A DNA stretch of 64,000 nt from Piromyces finnis finn (Eukaryota; Fungi; Neocallimastigomycota), in NCBI GenBank assembly GCA_002104945.1, contig MCFH01000044.1:310001-374000 (forward strand). The letters run 5' to 3'. The translations under genes and the position numbers were made by a program. The notes under the pieces were generated by a model. It searched no databases. It saw only the letters and a list, made by a program, of their open reading frames with translations, and was not told where the DNA came from. This document shows, piece by piece, positions 53,464 to 64,000 of the stretch (positions within the stretch are counted from its first letter, which is position 1; every line of letters starts with the position of its first letter).

Positions 53464-56400
53464 ATGGAGGAATTAACATTAAGACAAAAAGAACTTATTA
53501 AGGTTCTTTTAGAATCTAAAAAATGTCATGATGAATATAGAAATACTATTGAAAAATATAAAGATTTTAATTCAGAACAAGTAACAGAAAATCCAAAAGC
53601 TTGTCATGACTTTATGGTACAAAATGTATCATTATTCTATGATAAAATTAACATTTGTTATATGGGTTTGATTGAAACTATTTCAATGCTTTATAGTCCA
53701 TTAAGTGAACATGAAAATTCATTAGCATCTCTAACAACCAAACAAGATGATATGGAAGTTCGTTTAAGTATGATTGAAGAGAGTTTAGATATTGAAAAGA
53801 TATCTGGATTGGAGGAAAGAGTAAGAGCATTAGAAAGTGGTCACCCTGGAGTTATTAATGCCAATAGTGGTACACCAATGGATATTGATGCTCAAAGTAT
53901 TTTAATTCAAAAATATGAAGAAAAATTTGAAGTTATGGAAACAGAACAGGAAAATATGATGAAAAAAATTGAAGAACAACAAGAAATGATTGAAAAATTA
54001 GAAAAATTACTTAAACCTGGTTTTACTCCATTTATAAGTCAACCATGTATTTCAGTAAATGTTGAGGATACTACACCACCCCCAAGTAAAAAGAAGAAGA
54101 GAGATGATTTGAAGATTAAAACAAATGTTGCAAAAGAATCATCTTCAAAATCAGCATCTGTTTCTGGTTCTAAGAATAAAGAACATGCTCAAACCCCAAG
54201 ATCTGCTACTCCAAGTAAGGTAAAGGAAAGATCATCTTCTATATTTGGAGGAAAGAAGAAGGATAAGGAAAAGGAAAAGGAAAAAGAAAAAGAAAAGGAA
54301 AAGGAAAAAGAAACTTCTTCCAATTCTATTACTGAAGATACTCTTAATAGTATTAACGAACTTACTAAACGTATTGTATCTGTTGAAACCACAATTAACA
54401 AAGTAGTACAACCAAATGAACTTATTCTTGAAAATCGTATCAAAAATGTCGAAAATGCTGTCTCATGTCAAAGTATTGATGTAAATAAGCTTAGTTTAAT
54501 TGAACAAGATCTTAAGGCCCAAGTTGACGAAAAGAACCAATTGATCGAAAAGTTTAAACAACATCAACTTCACATTAGTAATAGATTCATTAACCTTGAA
54601 AGTCAATTAGAAGAAGAACAACATAGCATGTCAAATAAATTCGATGACCGTATTCGTTTAATTGAAGATGTTGTTAGAGATCAAAAAGAAGCTATGGATG
54701 AAAACGTTGAAAAATGTTTAAAGCAAGTCGAAGATAAACTTATTGATAAGGCTAAAGAGGCTAATAAAGAAGAAAGTCAAGCAACAAGTAATATTCCTGA
54801 GTTAGAGGAAAGAGTCAAGTCTTTAGAAAGTAGTATAGATAAGAATATTAAAGTTATGGATGAATATATTTCCAATAACGATGTTAACATAAATAATGTT
54901 AATGAAAAATTAAAGTTGATTGAAGATTCAATAGGTAAGGAGAATGAAAATAAAACAAATAGAGAAGTTAATGAAGCTTCAGAAAATGATAATATGAATG
55001 ATATTGAAACACTTAAGAATAAGATTAAAACAATTGAAGAAAAATTAAATGAAACTTCTTCAATTCCTCAAAATAATATAGCCGGTAGTCCATTCAGTAG
55101 TAACAATAGTCTTCATAAAGAATCACCAGAAAACCGTTTGGATAAGGTCGATAAATCACTTGTTGATATCAAATTTAAGATTAGTAAATTAGATGATAGA
55201 GTTGAGCAACAACATCAACAACTTAAAGAATGTATTGATACTTTCAATAATAGAGAAGATGATCAAACTTCAAATGAAGCTTTAGATAAGCGTGTTTCAG
55301 AACTTGAATCTGATTATAATGAAGCTGATACTAAGATTAATAGTATTATTGAAAAATTCGGAATTGTTGCTGATGGTCTTAATGTTAAAGTTAAGCAATT
55401 AGTTGAAAAGGTTGATACCCTTGAAAATAACAAGAAACCTGTATCTAATAGTTTTATTGGAACTTCTAATAATAATAATGATGATAACGAAATTAAATCA
55501 CTTAAAGAAAGAGTTGAATTTATGGAAACATATAAGATCAAATTCGATGAATTTGAATCCAAATTTGAAGAAATACATGATGAAAACAAGAAATCAGCAT
55601 CTGAAATCCAAAATAAATTTGGTCAAGTTGCATCAGATATTAATAAAAGAATAGAAAATATTAATGAAAAATTAGAAAACATTAATGTTGACAATAATGA
55701 AAAATCATCAAGAGGTGTTGGTGATAATAAGGATGATTTATATGATAGATTTGGTGAAATTAATAATAAGATTGATTATCTTAAAGATGAATTTATTTCT
55801 GCTGTAGAGGATACCAATAAGAGAATAGATGAAGTAGAAACAAACTGTACTAATCAAAATAAGAATGATGGAATAAATAGTGATATGATTAAGAAAACTG
55901 TTGATGAGATGAACATGAAGATTGAAAATACTAATAATAAAACAGCTGATGGCTTGAAGTTATTAAGCGAAAAAATTGGAAAGATTGAAAGTGATATTAA
56001 TGATAAGATTAATGATGTAAATACAAATATTGATAATTTATCTAAAGATGTTAATATGAACATTGATAGTATTTCTAAGGATCTTAACATTAAGATAGAT
56101 GAATTAAAGACAAATAACAATGATAAAAAGACTGAAGATACTGAAATCAGAAATAATGATTTAGTTTCAAAGATTAATAAAATTGAAGAAGAAATTTCAA
56201 AACTCTCTGAAGAAATAAATAATAAATTCAATGAAGTGAAGGAAAGTTCAGATAATAATAATGAAAGCAATGATTCAATTAAGGAATTGAATGACAAGGT
56301 TGATAAATTAGAAAACAATGTTTCTGTTCTTTCTGAGGAATTTAGTAATAAACTTATTGAGGTAAAAGATAGTTCTGACGATGTTGATGAAAATAAGCAA

Positions 56401-59400
56401 GCTATTAAAGAATTAAGTGATAAGGTTGATAAATTGGAAGGTAATATATCTACTCTTACTACAGATATTAATAATATGGTTGATGAATTGAAGGAAAGTG
56501 TAAATAAGGTTAGCGAGAATATTGAAAATGTTAATAATGAAGAGTTGACTCAAAAAATAAATAAATTAGAAGAAGAAGTTAAACCTTACAATGATAAACT
56601 TAGTAAACTTAAGAACGAATTAGATATATTAGTTGAAACTTACAAAGAAACCTTAGAAAACAATACAAATGAAAAATTATCTCAATATAGTGCCTCAAAC
56701 TCAGAAAATAGTTCTAATAATGATTCAGTTCTTATTCTTGAGAAGAAGGTTCAAAAAATTGAAGCAGATTTAAATCATTGTGAAGTTAAGAATAGTAATA
56801 TTGATAAAAAGATAATTTCTCTTGAACAAAAGCTTAAGGATAGAAGTGACAATGATAGTATTAAAGAAAGATTTGAAGAAGATCGTCTCAAAATAATTGA
56901 AGAAGATCTTGAAAAGCAAAAACAAAGTCTTGATTCTCAACAAAAATTGATTCAATCAAATAGTGAAGCCATTGATAATTTAATGAAAAACAATGCTCAA
57001 ACTAACAATGATACTTCCGTATCTAGAGAAGCATTAAAGATGAATGACAATACTAAGATAGAAAAACAATTAGACGAGCTTAAAGATTATTTAGATATTC
57101 TTGAAAAGAATACTAGTGAACAAAAAGAAAACTTCGAAGAACGTGTTACAAAGTTAGAAGAATATGCTGTATCTAAATTACATGATAACAATAATAATAT
57201 TAAGAACCAAATTAAGGAAATTGAAAATAACTTTGAAAACTGTCAAGAAGAAATTAAAATAATGAAGGAAAAATTAGATGATATTGATAATTCAAGAAAT
57301 AATGAAAAAGATTCAAACGTGAATGATGAAGAAATAAATAAATTAAAAGAAAATATTACTTCAATTATGAAGGATATTGAAGATAATAAGAATAGTATAA
57401 ATAATGTTAATAAAAAGATAGATACAAATGAAATTTCATTAAATGAAACTAAAGAAAAGGTTGATGATATTTCTAATACTACTAATTCATATTCCTCAAA
57501 GATTCAAACTCTTCAAAGTAATGTTAATGATCTTTCTAATAAGATGGGAACTACTGAGGTTATTGTTACCGAACATGCTAGTAAATTAGATAGTATTAAC
57601 ATAAAGGTTGTTAATGCTGAAATAGCTATTAATGATCACAAATTCAAATTAGATAATATTTTCACTAGATTAAAGAATAATGATTCTAGTGAAGCTTCAT
57701 CTATTAATGAAGCATCTTCACCAACTACAAGATCAGTTGATGAAGAAAAACAACCAAACTTTAAACTTAGTGATATTCAAAATAGAGTTAACGATATTAG
57801 TTCAAGATTAATTAATACTGAAAATTCTGTAACTGATCACAATAATAAACTTGAAAACATTTACTTACGTATATCAAATGCTGAAACTTTTGTAAATGAT
57901 AATGGTATCAAAATTAATGATATTTACACTAGAATTAATGACATTGATAACAACAATAGTAATAAGGTTCAAAATATTCAAAATTGTGTTAATGATATCT
58001 ACTCCAAACTTAACAATAATGATAATATTATAAATAGCCAAAATGGTAAATTTGATAACATTTACATGAGATTAGCAAATTCAGAGAATTATATTAATGA
58101 TAATAATATAAAGATTAGTGATATTTACTCTAGAATATCTGATAATGAAAACATTAGTAATGATATTCAAGATATTCAAACTAACATTAATGAAATATTC
58201 ACAAGAGTAGTTGATAATGAAAATAATATTAATACTCATGAAAAGAAACTTGATAATATTAAAATGAAATTAAAGGAAAATGAAGAATCAAATAATAACA
58301 AACTTCAAGATATTAGAGAAATATATTCAAGACTTTCTGATACAGAAAATTCAACTAATGATAATGTCAATAAGATTGAAGACTTATATTCAAGACTTGA
58401 TGATGGAGAAGAAATTAATAATAATAAGATTGAAGATGTTCAATATAGTATTGTAGAAATAAATAAGAAGATAAATGATATAGAACTTAAGATTAAGGAA
58501 AGTAAGTCTCTTGTTAATGATATTTACAATAAAAATAGTACTATTGAAGACAGCAAGAATAAGTTAAATGAACTTGAAAATAGCGTAGGTGTATTAAACA
58601 ATAGACTTGATAAAAACGAAAAGACTATAAATGAAAGTAATAATAAGATTGCTCAATTGAATACTATGAGAAATGATGATAATGTCAAGAACGAAAATAA
58701 TCTCAAGAGTGTTATTGAGAATGTTAACAAGTTAATTGTAAAAATAGCTGCTGACGAAAACTCTATCAATGAGAACACTAGAAATATTAATGAATTATTA
58801 AATTTGAATAATACTAAATTCGAGAAAGAAAAGAATAAGGTTCAAGGATTACAAAATAATGTAGATGAAATTTATACTAGATTAAATAGTACTGAAAACT
58901 TAGTAAGTGATTATAAAAACAAGATTGATAATATCAACAATAGACTTAAAAACACCGAAGATTCAATTAATGAATACGATGATAAGTTTAATGGTGTTTA
59001 CACAAGATTGAAGAATATTGAAAAGAAGGATGAAAAGGAAGATAAAGAGAATTTAACTGAAGTATTTGACAGTAAACTCAAAAACGTTAATTCTAAATTA
59101 GGAAATATTGATGATGCTATCAATGAACACAATGAAAAATTCAACAATGTATATTCAAGAATGGTAAATACTGAAATTACTGTTAATGATAATAATGATA
59201 AATTTAATAATGTATACCAACGTATGGTCAAGGTTGAAATGAATGTTGATGAGCATGCAAGCAAGTTACAAAGTTTACAAACTTCAATTAATGATATCAA
59301 TATTAAGTTAGAAAATAATAATAATGAAAATTCAAAAACTGTCAATAAATGTGATAATATTAACTCAAGATTAGTAGAAGCAGAAAAGTCACTTAATGAA

Positions 59401-61191
59401 TACAGTGGTAAATTAAGTGCTTTTAATAATCGTATTTCTAACAATGAAAATCAACTTAAAGAACAATCTAATTCTATTGAAAACAGTGAAAAATTAATCA
59501 AAGAACAAAAGAGTAAGAATGATATATTTGAAGGAAAGATAAATTCAATTGAAAATGCTCTTATCAATGTAAAATCCATTGTTACAGAAAATGAACAATC
59601 TAATAATACAAAACATCAAGATACTAAGAAAAAAATTAATGAGGTTTACGCTAAATTCGAAGAATCTGAAAATATTATAAATGATAATAACTCAAAGATT
59701 AAATCATTATCATCTAAATTAGATATATATGAAAAATCAATTGAAAAATGTACTGAAGACTTAAATAATATGACTAATAAAATTTCATCATCAGAAAACA
59801 AAATTAATGATAACAGTAAGATGATTAATGATATTACATCAAGAATTGGTAATACTGAACAAATTAATAATAAGTTCAAGGAATTTGAAACTTCAATGTC
59901 TGAAGTATCATCCAAGATTGATGCTGTTAATCATGAAACAAATGAAACAAAGAATAAAATTGAAAGTGTCAATTCAAGAATTAATAATGTTGAAAATAGT
60001 TTCAAAAATGATCATTCTAAGATTAATGATGCAATAAATGAATTATCTAATCAAGAACAAAATATTAATTCTAATACAAATAAGTTAAAAGAAATTAGTA
60101 ACAAGGTCAAGAATATGGAAAACATATACAAAGATCAATCTCAAAACTTCAATGAAATTGAAACTATTTTAGAAACTATTGAAAAACTTAAGAGCCAAAT
60201 AAGTTCTGTTGAAAATAAACAAAGTAAGGAGAAGTCTAAGATAGCTGAATTTGAAAAGAAATTCACAAATGTTAATGATATTATCAATAAGAACCAAGAA
60301 AAGGTTCATGATATGATTGAACAATTAAATAATAATAAGGAGAAGAATGATGACATAAATGAGGCTACTGAAAAGTTATTGAAACTTGAACAAAGTATGA
60401 ATGATATGAAACAAAAATTGAAACAAAATATGAGTGATAATGATAAAAAGGTATTTGTTATTGAACAAAAATTCAATGATTATCTTAATGATCACGAAGA
60501 AAATAACAATAATAAGAAGTTGAATACATTAGAAAAGATGATAAAGAATGTAAACCAAATGAACATTGAGAGTAAATTTGATGATCTTGAAAAGCAAATA
60601 AATGAGATTAAGAATAAAACTAATGAAATGAATAATAATTCAAAAATTAATAGCTTAGAAAGAAAATTAAACAGTCAAAATGAAAACATAAATGAATTTG
60701 TTAACGTTGTTATTGATAAAAAATTCAAGAAATTAGAAAATATAATTGATCATAAGAATAATGGTTTAAGTCAAAAACTTCAAGAACAAATGAAATCTAT
60801 AAAAGAAACTATTGCAAATGAAAATAATTTAAAGATGTACTCAGGAAATCAAAATGATCCTAACAACTATGAATATGAAAAGAGAATAAAATTACTTGAA
60901 AAAACATTAGAAGGCCAAATATATAAGAAGACTGTAAATGATAGAAAGAAACAACAAATGGAAAACCAATTTGAAAAGAGAATTAAAGAACTTGAAAAAT
61001 CTATTATTGGTTCCTCAAAAAGAAGAAACTTCGTTGACGATAGTGAAAGTGTAAGTAATGCTGATGAGATAAATGAAAATGTTAATTATTCATTCTCAGG
61101 TACTAAAAATGATTCAAAAAGAAGATGGAACAATGAAGAAAATAATTTAAAAGATTATGAAGAAAGAACCAGATATTGGAGTTGTTATTAA
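53464..61191 (+). CDS. Giant intronless coiled-coil protein, 2575 aa, unknown function
   Basis: 7.7-kb stop-free ORF with heptad periodicity almost throughout; basic/KE-rich segment near the N-terminus. Confidence 0.9.
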   Translation: MEELTLRQKELIKVLLESKKCHDEYRNTIEKYKDFNSEQVTENPKACHDFMVQNVSLFYDKINICYMGLIETISMLYSPLSEHENSLASLTTKQDDMEVRLSMIEESLDIEKISGLEERVRALESGHPGVINANSGTPMDIDAQSILIQKYEEKFEVMETEQENMMKKIEEQQEMIEKLEKLLKPGFTPFISQPCISVNVEDTTPPPSKKKKRDDLKIKTNVAKESSSKSASVSGSKNKEHAQTPRSATPSKVKERSSSIFGGKKKDKEKEKEKEKEKEKEKETSSNSITEDTLNSINELTKRIVSVETTINKVVQPNELILENRIKNVENAVSCQSIDVNKLSLIEQDLKAQVDEKNQLIEKFKQHQLHISNRFINLESQLEEEQHSMSNKFDDRIRLIEDVVRDQKEAMDENVEKCLKQVEDKLIDKAKEANKEESQATSNIPELEERVKSLESSIDKNIKVMDEYISNNDVNINNVNEKLKLIEDSIGKENENKTNREVNEASENDNMNDIETLKNKIKTIEEKLNETSSIPQNNIAGSPFSSNNSLHKESPENRLDKVDKSLVDIKFKISKLDDRVEQQHQQLKECIDTFNNREDDQTSNEALDKRVSELESDYNEADTKINSIIEKFGIVADGLNVKVKQLVEKVDTLENNKKPVSNSFIGTSNNNNDDNEIKSLKERVEFMETYKIKFDEFESKFEEIHDENKKSASEIQNKFGQVASDINKRIENINEKLENINVDNNEKSSRGVGDNKDDLYDRFGEINNKIDYLKDEFISAVEDTNKRIDEVETNCTNQNKNDGINSDMIKKTVDEMNMKIENTNNKTADGLKLLSEKIGKIESDINDKINDVNTNIDNLSKDVNMNIDSISKDLNIKIDELKTNNNDKKTEDTEIRNNDLVSKINKIEEEISKLSEEINNKFNEVKESSDNNNESNDSIKELNDKVDKLENNVSVLSEEFSNKLIEVKDSSDDVDENKQAIKELSDKVDKLEGNISTLTTDINNMVDELKESVNKVSENIENVNNEELTQKINKLEEEVKPYNDKLSKLKNELDILVETYKETLENNTNEKLSQYSASNSENSSNNDSVLILEKKVQKIEADLNHCEVKNSNIDKKIISLEQKLKDRSDNDSIKERFEEDRLKIIEEDLEKQKQSLDSQQKLIQSNSEAIDNLMKNNAQTNNDTSVSREALKMNDNTKIEKQLDELKDYLDILEKNTSEQKENFEERVTKLEEYAVSKLHDNNNNIKNQIKEIENNFENCQEEIKIMKEKLDDIDNSRNNEKDSNVNDEEINKLKENITSIMKDIEDNKNSINNVNKKIDTNEISLNETKEKVDDISNTTNSYSSKIQTLQSNVNDLSNKMGTTEVIVTEHASKLDSINIKVVNAEIAINDHKFKLDNIFTRLKNNDSSEASSINEASSPTTRSVDEEKQPNFKLSDIQNRVNDISSRLINTENSVTDHNNKLENIYLRISNAETFVNDNGIKINDIYTRINDIDNNNSNKVQNIQNCVNDIYSKLNNNDNIINSQNGKFDNIYMRLANSENYINDNNIKISDIYSRISDNENISNDIQDIQTNINEIFTRVVDNENNINTHEKKLDNIKMKLKENEESNNNKLQDIREIYSRLSDTENSTNDNVNKIEDLYSRLDDGEEINNNKIEDVQYSIVEINKKINDIELKIKESKSLVNDIYNKNSTIEDSKNKLNELENSVGVLNNRLDKNEKTINESNNKIAQLNTMRNDDNVKNENNLKSVIENVNKLIVKIAADENSINENTRNINELLNLNNTKFEKEKNKVQGLQNNVDEIYTRLNSTENLVSDYKNKIDNINNRLKNTEDSINEYDDKFNGVYTRLKNIEKKDEKEDKENLTEVFDSKLKNVNSKLGNIDDAINEHNEKFNNVYSRMVNTEITVNDNNDKFNNVYQRMVKVEMNVDEHASKLQSLQTSINDINIKLENNNNENSKTVNKCDNINSRLVEAEKSLNEYSGKLSAFNNRISNNENQLKEQSNSIENSEKLIKEQKSKNDIFEGKINSIENALINVKSIVTENEQSNNTKHQDTKKKINEVYAKFEESENIINDNNSKIKSLSSKLDIYEKSIEKCTEDLNNMTNKISSSENKINDNSKMINDITSRIGNTEQINNKFKEFETSMSEVSSKIDAVNHETNETKNKIESVNSRINNVENSFKNDHSKINDAINELSNQEQNINSNTNKLKEISNKVKNMENIYKDQSQNFNEIETILETIEKLKSQISSVENKQSKEKSKIAEFEKKFTNVNDIINKNQEKVHDMIEQLNNNKEKNDDINEATEKLLKLEQSMNDMKQKLKQNMSDNDKKVFVIEQKFNDYLNDHEENNNNKKLNTLEKMIKNVNQMNIESKFDDLEKQINEIKNKTNEMNNNSKINSLERKLNSQNENINEFVNVVIDKKFKKLENIIDHKNNGLSQKLQEQMKSIKETIANENNLKMYSGNQNDPNNYEYEKRIKLLEKTLEGQIYKKTVNDRKKQQMENQFEKRIKELEKSIIGSSKRRNFVDDSESVSNADEINENVNYSFSGTKNDSKRRWNNEENNLKDYEERTRYWSCY

Positions 61192-61812
61192 TTTTAAATA
61201 ATTAAAAATTATTTTTTATATATATTAAGTGTAAAAGCATATAAAATAAATAAATTGTATAAAGTTATAAAATAAATAATAAATATAGGGGTTAAATTAC
61301 AAAATTATAACCTTAAATTTAATACTAAATATTTTATGAATTAATTTTTTCTTTTTCATTTTTAAAATCTTATTAGAATAAAATACTATTGATTGAAAAC
61401 ATAATTCTTTGCCATTTGAAATAAATAAAAATTGAATAAAACAATTTAATATAAATATTTTTAATAAACTTGTTTATTGTGCTTTGTCTAATTGAAATAA
61501 TTTATTGTTCTATTAATAAGTTTTATAAAATTGTTAATTTAATAGTTTCAAAAAGAAATATAGAAATAAAAAAAAATTGATATATACTTTATGTAATTTA
61601 TAATGAAAAAAAAATATTTGAATGAATGTAAATAAAATAAAAAAATTAAATAATGAAATTATAATAATTATTATATATATTAAATAAAATAAAATATGAA
61701 ATTTAATATAAAAAATATATTATGTAAAGATGTTAATTTTAAACTAAATTTCAATTCCTTATTATTGAGATTGTAATTATATAGTTTCAATATCTTCATT
61801 TGAGTTTCTAAT

Positions 61813-64000
61813 TTATTCAATTTCTTCATTAGATTCTTTATTATTTAATTCTTCATTTGAGTCTTCTTTATTTAATTCTTCATTAGATTCTTCATTAGAT
61901 TCCTCATTATTTAATTCTTCATTTGAATCTTCAACTTGTTTAGATTCTTCATTAGATTCCTCATTATTTAATTCTTCATTTGAATCTTCAACTTGTTTAG
62001 ATTCTTCATTAGATTCCTCATTATTTAATTCTTCATTTGAATCTTCAACTTGTTTAGATTCTTCATTAGATTCCTCATTATTTAATTCTTCATTTGAATC
62101 TTCAACTTGTTTAGATTCTTCATTAGATTCCTCATTATTTAATTCTTCATTTGAATCTTCAACTTGTTTAGATTCTTCATTAGATTCCTCATTATTTAAT
62201 TCTTCATTTGAATCTTCAACTTGTTTAGATTCTTCATTAGATTCCTCATTATTTAATTCTTCATTTGAATCTTCAACTTGTTTAGATTCTTCATTAGGTT
62301 CTTCATTATTTAATTCTTCCTTTGAATCTTCTTTATTTAATTCTTCATTAGATTCTTCATTATTTAATTCTTCCTTTGAATCTTCTTTATTTAATTCTTC
62401 ATTAGATTCTTCACTATTTAATTCTTCATTTAAATCTTCTTTATTTAATTCTTCATTAGATTCTTCAACTTGTTCAAATTCTTCATTTAAATCTTCTTTA
62501 TTTAATTCTTCATTAGATTCTTCAACTTGTTCAAATTCTTCATTTAAATCTTCTTTATTTAATTCTTCATTAGATTCTTCAACTTGTTCAAATTCTTCAT
62601 TTGAATTTTCAACTTGTTTAGATTCTTCAACTTGTTCAAATTCTTCATTTGAATTTTCAACTTGTTTAGATTCTTCACTATTTAATTCTTCATTAGATTC
62701 TTCATTATTTAATTCTTCATTTGAATTTTCTTTATTTAATTCTTCATTATATTCTTCATTATTTAGTTCTTCATTTGAATCCTCTTTATTTAATTCTTCA
62801 TTAGATTCTTCACTATTTAATTCTTCATTTGAATCTTCTTTATTTAATTTTTCATTAGATTCTTCATTATTTAGTTCTTCATTTGAATCTTCAACTTGTT
62901 CAGTTTTTTTATTAGATTCAACTTGTTCAAATTCCTCATTTGAGTCTTCTTTATTTAATTCTTCATTAGATTCTTCACTATTTAATTCTTCATTTGAATC
63001 TTCAACTTGTTTAGATTCTTCACTATTTAATTCTTCATTAGATTCTTCATTATTTAATTCTTCGTTTGAGTCTTCAACTTGTTTAGATTCTTCACTATTT
63101 AATTCTTCATTTGAATCTTCAGCTTGTTCAGTTCCTTCATCTGTTAAATTACCATTTTGATCATTTGCATTATTATTTTCTTTTATATATTCTTTAGTGT
63201 TTTGTTTTTTATCATTGATTTCTTCACTTTTATCATTTTTTTGATTTTTATCTTTTTTTAAAATTTCATTATCTGTAATCTGGTCATTTTCATTTTTCAT
63301 TTCTTCATTAGTATTTTCCGTTTTGTCTAATGAACTACTTTTTAATATCGGTACAGTACTATTAATATTTTGATTATCCTCTTCATCATTATTTATATTA
63401 GAAGAACTTCTATTTAATGGTGGTAGTTTATTAACTAATGGATTTTTAACAACCTTATTTAGATCAATGCTATCTTTTTCAACTATACTCATATTTTTTA
63501 TTATTTGCTTTTTTTCAATTTCTTTTGAAATGCTTAATTTATCCTTTTTTTTAGTACTCTTAATATGAATTGATGGAAGAGTAGTTTGATTTTGACTACC
63601 ATTACCACTATTATCATTATATAACTGTTTATATTGATTTATAGTATTGGCAATTGATTTAATATGCTTTATTGCGTCATCCTTACATTTTGTTTTCTTA
63701 TCTAAGGAATGAATATGAATATATTGAGGTATTTTCAAGGATGACTGACTTGTACTTGTTAACATCCGTTTAATTTCTAATGGAGACTTCATCATTTTAT
63801 TATGATAAATTGGGAAAGAATTTGGTTCTATTTTGTTTTTCGAATCTTTTCCAATATGTAAAACATTTGAACTTTGCGATTTAGTTTTTCTACTTAAATT
63901 GTATTTTTCTTCATTTTGTATTTGCTTTAAAGATGGTTCTTCCATAAATTTATGCTTGTTAAAACTCTTCAAATTTGAATCAAATATTTTCTTTTTTAAA
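61813..64000 (-). CDS. Acidic E/N/S-repeat protein (partial; starts beyond the window end)
   Basis: The track start at 63972 is TTG and the frame stays open to 64000. The C-terminal half is built of SNEELNxE-type repeats. Confidence 0.75.
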   Translation of the reverse strand, partial: LKKKIFDSNLKSFNKHKFMEEPSLKQIQNEEKYNLSRKTKSQSSNVLHIGKDSKNKIEPNSFPIYHNKMMKSPLEIKRMLTSTSQSSLKIPQYIHIHSLDKKTKCKDDAIKHIKSIANTINQYKQLYNDNSGNGSQNQTTLPSIHIKSTKKKDKLSISKEIEKKQIIKNMSIVEKDSIDLNKVVKNPLVNKLPPLNRSSSNINNDEEDNQNINSTVPILKSSSLDKTENTNEEMKNENDQITDNEILKKDKNQKNDKSEEINDKKQNTKEYIKENNNANDQNGNLTDEGTEQAEDSNEELNSEESKQVEDSNEELNNEESNEELNSEESKQVEDSNEELNSEESNEELNKEDSNEEFEQVESNKKTEQVEDSNEELNNEESNEKLNKEDSNEELNSEESNEELNKEDSNEELNNEEYNEELNKENSNEELNNEESNEELNSEESKQVENSNEEFEQVEESKQVENSNEEFEQVEESNEELNKEDLNEEFEQVEESNEELNKEDLNEEFEQVEESNEELNKEDLNEELNSEESNEELNKEDSKEELNNEESNEELNKEDSKEELNNEEPNEESKQVEDSNEELNNEESNEESKQVEDSNEELNNEESNEESKQVEDSNEELNNEESNEESKQVEDSNEELNNEESNEESKQVEDSNEELNNEESNEESKQVEDSNEELNNEESNEESKQVEDSNEELNNEESNEESNEELNKEDSNEELNNKESNEEIE
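61900..62300 (-). repeat. 57-bp coding tandem repeat, 7 copies (EESNEESKQVEDSNEELNN)
   Basis: The DNA shifts by 3 nt per 60-nt line, giving period 57; copies are near-identical. Confidence 0.95.

Noticed and set aside
54189-60037. Several track ORFs overlapping the 2575-aa gene (and those overlapping the ankyrin, Sec24, CA and PAM2 genes)
   Set aside because: Antisense or alternate-frame by-products of biased codon usage.
61900-62300. Regular 57-bp repeats as a CRISPR-like array
   Set aside because: No unique spacers; it is an in-frame coding tandem repeat in a eukaryotic gene.

Overview
Extremely AT-rich eukaryotic DNA with short spliceosomal introns, long poly(A)/poly(T) tracts and microsatellites. 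The composition, a scaffoldin-like protein, intronless ankyrin genes and a flagellar gene point to an anaerobic gut fungus (Neocallimastigomycota); this is an inference. I assembled about 16 protein-coding genes by hand, several missed or fragmented by the ORF track. In order they are: a >1200-aa secreted Cys-repeat scaffoldin-like protein running off the left edge, a CFAP119/C1a-32-like flagellar protein, a DUSP19-like phosphatase, a Dpb3/CHRAC1-type histone-fold protein, TMEM170, two ankyrin proteins, a USP-fold protein lacking its catalytic His, RBM22/Slt11, a GPI-type Cys-rich protein, Sec24, a possible FAM122/PABIR-like protein, a GPI-type alpha-carbonic anhydrase, a PAM2-motif protein, a 2575-aa coiled coil, and an acidic repeat protein running off the right edge. 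The most notable observation is an AT-AC intron with U12-type (minor spliceosome) signals in the CFAP119-like gene, which is needed to keep the reading frame open. The second is an unassigned ~290-nt intergenic segment that folds like a structured RNA. I recognised no tRNA, rRNA, CRISPR array or transposase. All family assignments come from motif recognition and remembered sequences, not from database searches.
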